From positions 1 to 28,864 of the IMG/VR virus record IMGVR_UViG_3300032260_000019: a DNA stretch of 28,864 nt; one strand, 5' to 3'. Origin of the DNA: a virus (lineage: Duplodnaviria; Caudoviricetes). The notes below the pieces were generated by a model, which was not told the DNA's origin, made no database searches, and saw only the letters and a list, made by a program, of their open reading frames with translations. The translations under genes were made by a program, and so were the position numbers. Shown here in pieces: positions 24,021 to 28,864 of the stretch; position 1 is the first letter of the stretch; each line of letters begins with the position of its first letter.

Positions 24021-24251
24021 ATGGCATCCATCACCACACAGTTCGGTACCGGCGGAGCGAACCTCGCACCGCAGGACGCGCAGGGTGCGCCATCGCTGGC
24101 GACAGCCCTTCGTGACATTGCAGCCGATCTCGCCGTGCTTCACGCGGCGATCGTCGGTATCACCGCAAAGCTCGATGCAGACGCTGGCGTCACCGACACT
24201 GACTACGCATCGACCCTCGATCCAATTGCACTGGTTACTGTCCAGGGCTGA
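24021..24251 (+). CDS. Small structural protein with coiled coil (76 aa)
   Basis: AAGGA RBS; LTAKLD-like ITAKLDADAGVTDTDY. Confidence 0.65.
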   Translation: MASITTQFGTGGANLAPQDAQGAPSLATALRDIAADLAVLHAAIVGITAKLDADAGVTDTDYASTLDPIALVTVQG

Positions 24252-24291
24252 CGGCGACGGCTCCCCATAGGGGACAAGGAAGGACGACGAC

Positions 24292-24828
24292 ATGAGCAGA
24301 TTTGTGAGGTTGAGGCCGTTCGATCGACGCAGGGGTCACCTCCTGCGTCGGTACATCTTCCGTTCGCAGAAGTTCGTTGCGGGGAATTGGTACGAGGTCC
24401 AGGACGGAATGGGCGACGAGCTGTCGACTGTACTGTCTCGCGACGGCGACGACGAATCTCCTCTGGCATTCGACGTGTTCGATACCAAGGAAGAGGCGCT
24501 GGCATTCGTCCACGCAGAGCGCAAGGCCAAGGCCAAGGCGACTGCCGAATCCCCCGAACTCGTCGGTGTCATGACCTCGTCTGATCTTGATGAAGATGCG
24601 GCGACGAAAGCGGCCATGGCAAAACGCGCTGAAGATAACCTTCAGCGTGCGAAGGCCAAGCGGGCCGAAGAGCGTGAGAAGTCTGACCGCCAAAACAAGC
24701 GTGCCCGCGACAAGAAGAAGGTCGAAGCGTCTGGAGGGGGAAGCCCAGCTGACGCGAAAACTGTTCCAGACCCCGAGGCCCCACAGGCATCTGAATCTGG
24801 CAGCGGAAAAGACCCCTTCGAGGATTAA
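24292..24828 (+). CDS. Hypothetical head-associated protein (178 aa)
   Basis: AAGGA RBS; globular N-terminus, charged low-complexity C-terminus. Confidence 0.75.
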   Translation: MSRFVRLRPFDRRRGHLLRRYIFRSQKFVAGNWYEVQDGMGDELSTVLSRDGDDESPLAFDVFDTKEEALAFVHAERKAKAKATAESPELVGVMTSSDLDEDAATKAAMAKRAEDNLQRAKAKRAEEREKSDRQNKRARDKKKVEASGGGSPADAKTVPDPEAPQASESGSGKDPFED

Positions 24829-24837
24829 GCTTGGGCC

Positions 24838-25923
24838 ATGACGGCTCTCGCTGAAGGACAAGCCAGCAGCTGCACACTTCCGGTGTTGCAGCTGTTTGCC
24901 GTCGACCCCGACAACGACGGATTCATCAGCGACATCGACAGCGGCACCTACCGCATCCTTGACGCTGACGGAACAGAGATCGTCGGGGCGACGGCGTTCG
25001 ATACGGACGACTGCCCGTCGGGAGACCGTCTGGGCGTCGGCCGTTATGTAATTCCACTCACGGTTCCTGCAACCCCAAAACTGGGGACATGGACGGTCGA
25101 GCTTGCGTACAAGCACACCGCAGCTGGAACCGATAGGACGCAGACGCTGACGTTTGAGGTCCTCGGCAGCGTCGCCGACCCGATGGCCCGCACCTACACG
25201 ACGGTGTCCGCAATGCGCGATGCTGGTGTAAGCGCTGCGTCCATCAAGGCCGGGCCCCTGCGCGACCTGATTGTTCTGGCGTCCGCTTACGTCGAGCACT
25301 ACACCGGGCGGTTTTTTGTTCCTGTCCCGAAGACGATCCTGGCTGACGGGAACGGTGCCCGCGGCATCCAGCTGAACGAGGCGATCGTCGCAATGGGGCA
25401 GGTTCGAATCCTGCTGTCTTCGATCACTCCGTCGGATAGCGCGATCGACCCAGCGTCGATCCGTGTCTACAACCGGCACCTGCTACAGGGGCTGACCGAC
25501 CCGGACGACCGTGACAATCCAAGGGTTGAGTTCTTCTTCCATGAGAACTCCGCCACCGCGCTGGTATCGGCATCAACTCCGCTGCACTCGTTCCACTGGA
25601 TGCGCGGCCGGCAGAACATCTCGTTCGAGGGAGTGTTCGGGTACACAGATCCTGACGGGACTCCGCTGGGCAAGACCCCGACGCTGATCGAGCATGCCAC
25701 GAAGCTGCTGGTGATGCGCAACGCGCCGGGGCTGACGGATGCAGACGCACGACAGGACGCGCAGAACGCCTGGCGCCTGACCGAGTTGCGCACTCGTGAC
25801 CAAACCGTCAAGTACGGATTCGACGCGAACAGTCCGCGCATCGTCGGCTCGCTAACTGGCGACCCAGAGATCGACAGCATCCTGGCGCGCTACGCTAGGC
25901 CGATCCAGATCGGGTCTGCGTGA
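24838..25923 (+). CDS. Head-tail adaptor-like protein with N-terminal Ig-like extension
   Basis: YTTVSAMR...ASAYVEHYTGRFF...GRQNI...GY...IEHATKLLV; N-terminal GRYVIP...LGTWTV beta domain. Confidence 0.7.
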   Translation: MTALAEGQASSCTLPVLQLFAVDPDNDGFISDIDSGTYRILDADGTEIVGATAFDTDDCPSGDRLGVGRYVIPLTVPATPKLGTWTVELAYKHTAAGTDRTQTLTFEVLGSVADPMARTYTTVSAMRDAGVSAASIKAGPLRDLIVLASAYVEHYTGRFFVPVPKTILADGNGARGIQLNEAIVAMGQVRILLSSITPSDSAIDPASIRVYNRHLLQGLTDPDDRDNPRVEFFFHENSATALVSASTPLHSFHWMRGRQNISFEGVFGYTDPDGTPLGKTPTLIEHATKLLVMRNAPGLTDADARQDAQNAWRLTELRTRDQTVKYGFDANSPRIVGSLTGDPEIDSILARYARPIQIGSA

Positions 25924-25924
25924 C

Positions 25925-26452
25925 ATGCCACGCGGCCGATTGATCTTCCCATTTATCGTCGAGCTTGAGCAGCTGGACACGGAGGCGATGTCGCACGACC
26001 CTGACGGGGACGGCGACAAGACGTCTGGGTACGACAGCGTGTTCCGCGAGCCAATCAGCGTCACCGAAGATTCCGACGACATAGTCGGCAAGGCGTATCG
26101 CGTCGATCGCTGCACGCGTGTCCGCTGCCAGATTGAAGACCAGGAGTTCGAGGCAATCCGACAGGTCCTCGGCGGGACATCGCCGGACAGCGCAATCACT
26201 CTGGTGTTCCACTTCAAGGACCTGGAGGCGGCCAACCTCGTCGACGACAACGGCCGGGCCACGGTCCGCGTGAACGATCGCCTCGCGAAAATTTACGACC
26301 GCAACGAACAGCTGATCGAGACAATCAGAAACCCCCCAGGCCTGTTCGTGACCAGCGCGACGTCTGCGGGCTTCGGTCTCGGCAAGCATCGGAACCTGCT
26401 GATCGTGAAATTCGGCGAGCGCGAGCAGGGCATCCAGTCGCCTGGCCGATAA
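25925..26452 (+). CDS. Probable head closure/stopper protein (175 aa)
   Basis: Position after the adaptor; GYDSVFREP; beta-rich. Confidence 0.55.
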   Translation: MPRGRLIFPFIVELEQLDTEAMSHDPDGDGDKTSGYDSVFREPISVTEDSDDIVGKAYRVDRCTRVRCQIEDQEFEAIRQVLGGTSPDSAITLVFHFKDLEAANLVDDNGRATVRVNDRLAKIYDRNEQLIETIRNPPGLFVTSATSAGFGLGKHRNLLIVKFGEREQGIQSPGR

Positions 26453-26459
26453 CGGCAAG

Positions 26460-26491
26460 CGGAAACGGACGCACCTGCGCGTCCGTTTCCG
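26460..26491. terminator. Hairpin between convergent genes, probable bidirectional terminator
   Basis: CGGAAACGGACGC-ACCTGC-GCGTCCGTTTCCG, perfect 13-bp stem. Confidence 0.7.
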
Positions 26492-26498
26492 GCGATAG

Positions 26499-28607
26499 TT
26501 AGAACGGTGGTTTGTTCTCGTCGGGCATGGCCCGGACCCGATCCCAGTAGCGCTTCGTGAGCGTGCGCGCCGCATCCCATTGGGCGTCGGTCAGGCCCCC
26601 GGCAGCTGCCTCGGCGAGCCGATCCCCCAGGGGGGCGTCGTCGGGTAGGAAGTTCCCAGCCAGCTTGCGGAGCGCGGCGGCGGCCCACTCCTCGGCGGGA
26701 TGGATCGGCCCCCGGCGGTTGGCAGCCTTCACCGGCGCACAGGGCGGCGCAGGCCGTCCGTTCTTGGCCTGGCGGCGGCCGGCGGCCGCGGTAGATTCCG
26801 TGGCCCCCTGCAGGGCTGTGGCGGCCTCGGACAGGATGGCTACGACGTCTGGGAGCTTCTCGCCAGGCTTTATCCGACTGGCGTGGATTGACTCGTTGGT
26901 GAGTTGCTGCTTGCCGGCCAGGGTGGCGCTGACCATCTGGTCGAGCTTGTGGTCGGCGACCAGGCGGGTCACCTGAACGCCGCGGTCCTGGCCGATACGG
27001 CAGCAGCGATCCTCGGCTTGCGCGTTCAGGTCCGGGACCCAGGCCAGGTCGACGAACAGCATCTGGCTGGCCTTGGTCAGGGTGAGGGCGGTACCCATTG
27101 CCTGGATTGTTCCGCCGATTCCCTTCAGCGTACCGGCCTGGAACGCGTTCTCGATCCTGGTGCGTTCAGTGGCCGCAGTGTCCCCGGTGATTACAGCCCA
27201 GCCATCGCGGTGGGCAAGCGCGTCGATGGGCGCACGATGGGCGCTGAATACGACCAGCGGCTCGTCGATCTCTTCATGCTCAGCAGCAATCTGCAGCATG
27301 GCTGGAATCTTCGCGGTGGCTAGCGCCAGGCGCGCGGCGGACATCTCCTCGAATGCCGGGCCTCGCTGGCTGAAGAATGCAGCCTCGTTTACCGCATGGT
27401 CGAGGTCAATGCCTGCGGCTTCCAGCGCGGCCAGGGCTGCCTTGCAGAGCTTCTTTGTCGCGCCGTCGAGGCTATCGACCGTCATCTCCCGGTATGTTTT
27501 TGTGGGCAGGTCGGGCAGGACATCGCGCCGTTCGCGCCGGAGGCAGACGCGCTTTAGGAAGTCCGAAGCTGCCGGCGCTGGGTGCGTGCCCCATTCGATT
27601 CCGAAGCGGCCTTCCTTTCCGTTGAACAGGATCCTGAACCGGTCCCAGTCGCCAAAGGCTTCGCGCGCGATGTCGGCAGCCATCATGAGGGCCCAGAGTT
27701 CTGGCGGGCGGTTCAGCAGCGGGGACCCTGTGAGTAGCCAGGTCCTCCCGCCAGCCTCGCGAACCGTTGCAGCCATCGCGCGGTAGCGCTTGGTCCGCTG
27801 CGCCTTGTTGTTTTTCAGTGCGTGCGCCTCGTCGGCAATCATGATCGTTCCTGCCGGCGGGTCCGTTGGCTTGTCCTTCGGCAGGATGTCGTAGTTGGTG
27901 ATCACGATCTCGCCAGGCTTCGGCCAGCGAAAGCTTTGCCTCCCCTTCAGGATGTCGGTCGTGAACTCGGGGCGCCACTTGGCAGCCTCGCGTGCCCAAA
28001 CTCCCTTGGCGATTGCCGGCGCGACGACCAGGACGGGGGCGTTGGAGTCCAGCGCAGTCAGGGCCTGGACCGTTTTCCCGAGCCCCATCTCGTCGTCGAG
28101 GATTGCGCCAATACGATGGGACAGCCAGTTGACGCCGTCGACCTGGAACGGGTACAGCGCCTTCCCGTCTTCGGCCAGGGCGGTCTGGATTTTGCCGATC
28201 CTGTCCGCGGTGGTCGCGGCGGTCGCTGTCGCCTTGCGGGCTTGCGCTGCCATGGCGTCGGCTACATCGTCGGCTACCGATACCGCGAAGCCCAGACTCT
28301 TCAGCTCTTTGATTAGCTTGGGGATGGCCATGAAGGAGATCCGATTCCCCTCCCGCGCGCGGTCATAGCTGGCGCCAACGTCGGCGCAGGCTGTCCGGTA
28401 GTCGCCGAAGCGTTCGCGTCCGAGGAAGCCCTCCGGCCTGACAAACGGGAAGTCGTTCTCGATTACGACCCGAATGACCGGGACGGGCTCCTCGTTGCAG
28501 TCGTCGCAGAAGGTGGTCCAGCACCCACCTTCGTTCTGGACGTGTCCCTCCTCTGGGTCGACGCCGATTCCGCAGGTATTGCAGCGGCCCCTGTAGGTGT
28601 TACGCAT
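26499..28607 (-). CDS. SNF2-family (SMARCAL1/HARP-like) helicase/translocase, 702 aa
   Basis: LYPFQ, DDEMGLGKT, ADEAH, LLTGSP, QAEDRCCRIGQ; N-terminal CNTC...CDDC; GAGGAG RBS before MRNTYRG. Confidence 0.92.
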   Translation of the reverse strand: MRNTYRGRCNTCGIGVDPEEGHVQNEGGCWTTFCDDCNEEPVPVIRVVIENDFPFVRPEGFLGRERFGDYRTACADVGASYDRAREGNRISFMAIPKLIKELKSLGFAVSVADDVADAMAAQARKATATAATTADRIGKIQTALAEDGKALYPFQVDGVNWLSHRIGAILDDEMGLGKTVQALTALDSNAPVLVVAPAIAKGVWAREAAKWRPEFTTDILKGRQSFRWPKPGEIVITNYDILPKDKPTDPPAGTIMIADEAHALKNNKAQRTKRYRAMAATVREAGGRTWLLTGSPLLNRPPELWALMMAADIAREAFGDWDRFRILFNGKEGRFGIEWGTHPAPAASDFLKRVCLRRERRDVLPDLPTKTYREMTVDSLDGATKKLCKAALAALEAAGIDLDHAVNEAAFFSQRGPAFEEMSAARLALATAKIPAMLQIAAEHEEIDEPLVVFSAHRAPIDALAHRDGWAVITGDTAATERTRIENAFQAGTLKGIGGTIQAMGTALTLTKASQMLFVDLAWVPDLNAQAEDRCCRIGQDRGVQVTRLVADHKLDQMVSATLAGKQQLTNESIHASRIKPGEKLPDVVAILSEAATALQGATESTAAAGRRQAKNGRPAPPCAPVKAANRRGPIHPAEEWAAAALRKLAGNFLPDDAPLGDRLAEAAAGGLTDAQWDAARTLTKRYWDRVRAMPDENKPPF

Positions 28608-28833
28608 GGCTGAACTCCTCGTCGATGGCTTTGATTTCGTTCTCGAATGCCTGCGCCTCGACCATGCTGATGACTCGCTGCCCATGCCCGTCGCCGATAT
28701 CGACATAGCGGTATCCGCATTGCCGGCGGAGCATGATGCCGCGGGAGTCAGTCGGCTCGGAAGACATGGTCGTTCCGCTGCCGTGGTAGAAGGTCCAGGT
28801 GGTGCCGTTCGGGGTTTCGTTTTGCGTCGTCAT
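28600..28833 (-). CDS. Hypothetical protein (77 aa)
   Basis: MTTQN start like the leaderless genes; overlaps the helicase start. Confidence 0.7.
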   Translation of the reverse strand: MTTQNETPNGTTWTFYHGSGTTMSSEPTDSRGIMLRRQCGYRYVDIGDGHGQRVISMVEAQAFENEIKAIDEEFSHA

Positions 28834-28864
28834 GATGAGTCCTAGAAGCCTGCGTTTGCTTTGT

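Noticed and set aside
15912-25479. Long minus-strand ORFs (15912..16892, 18080..19126, 21844..23274, 22619..23656, 24235..25479)
   Set aside because: Shadows of well-supported structural genes in GC-rich DNA, with no motifs, unlike the recombinase
1-28864. Stop-codon reassignment
   Set aside because: Core genes are full length in the standard code and end in TAA, TAG and TGA
28834-28864. Fifth leaderless promoter before the MTTQN gene
   Set aside because: No TAGnnT at the expected spacing, and the -35 region is cut by the window edge

Overview
GC-rich fragment of a tailed dsDNA phage or prophage (Caudoviricetes). The host may be a myxobacterium, inferred from a Cys-rich lipoprotein and a small Myxococcota-like protein. 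1-11.5 kb: dense, mostly minus-strand, translationally coupled small early/accessory genes (ASCH, DUF3846-like, DUF6011-like, many CxxC proteins, a lipoprotein, a zincin lacking its catalytic Glu). Four of them start at near-identical leaderless sigma70-type promoters, each with a 12-6-12 palindrome beside the -35 box. 12.3-12.9 kb: a ~204-aa catalytic-domain-only tyrosine recombinase lying antisense inside the open frame that continues into the large terminase; candidate recombination sites occur at ~0.93, ~1.04, ~6.03 and ~6.19 kb. 13-26.5 kb: packaging/head module (TerL, portal, MuF/gp7, two scaffold-like proteins, capsid, decoration, adaptor, closure). It contains a 1007-aa fusion of an N6-adenine methyltransferase, HxH repeats, a degenerate LigD phosphoesterase-like domain and an XkdF-like prohead protease whose last motif appears to sit on the next gene. 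26.5-28.8 kb: convergent SNF2-family helicase. Best candidates for an undescribed system: (i) the protease-linked methyltransferase head polyprotein with a split protease and (ii) the mini-recombinase with its repeat sites. Family assignments come from motif recognition by eye; no searches were run.
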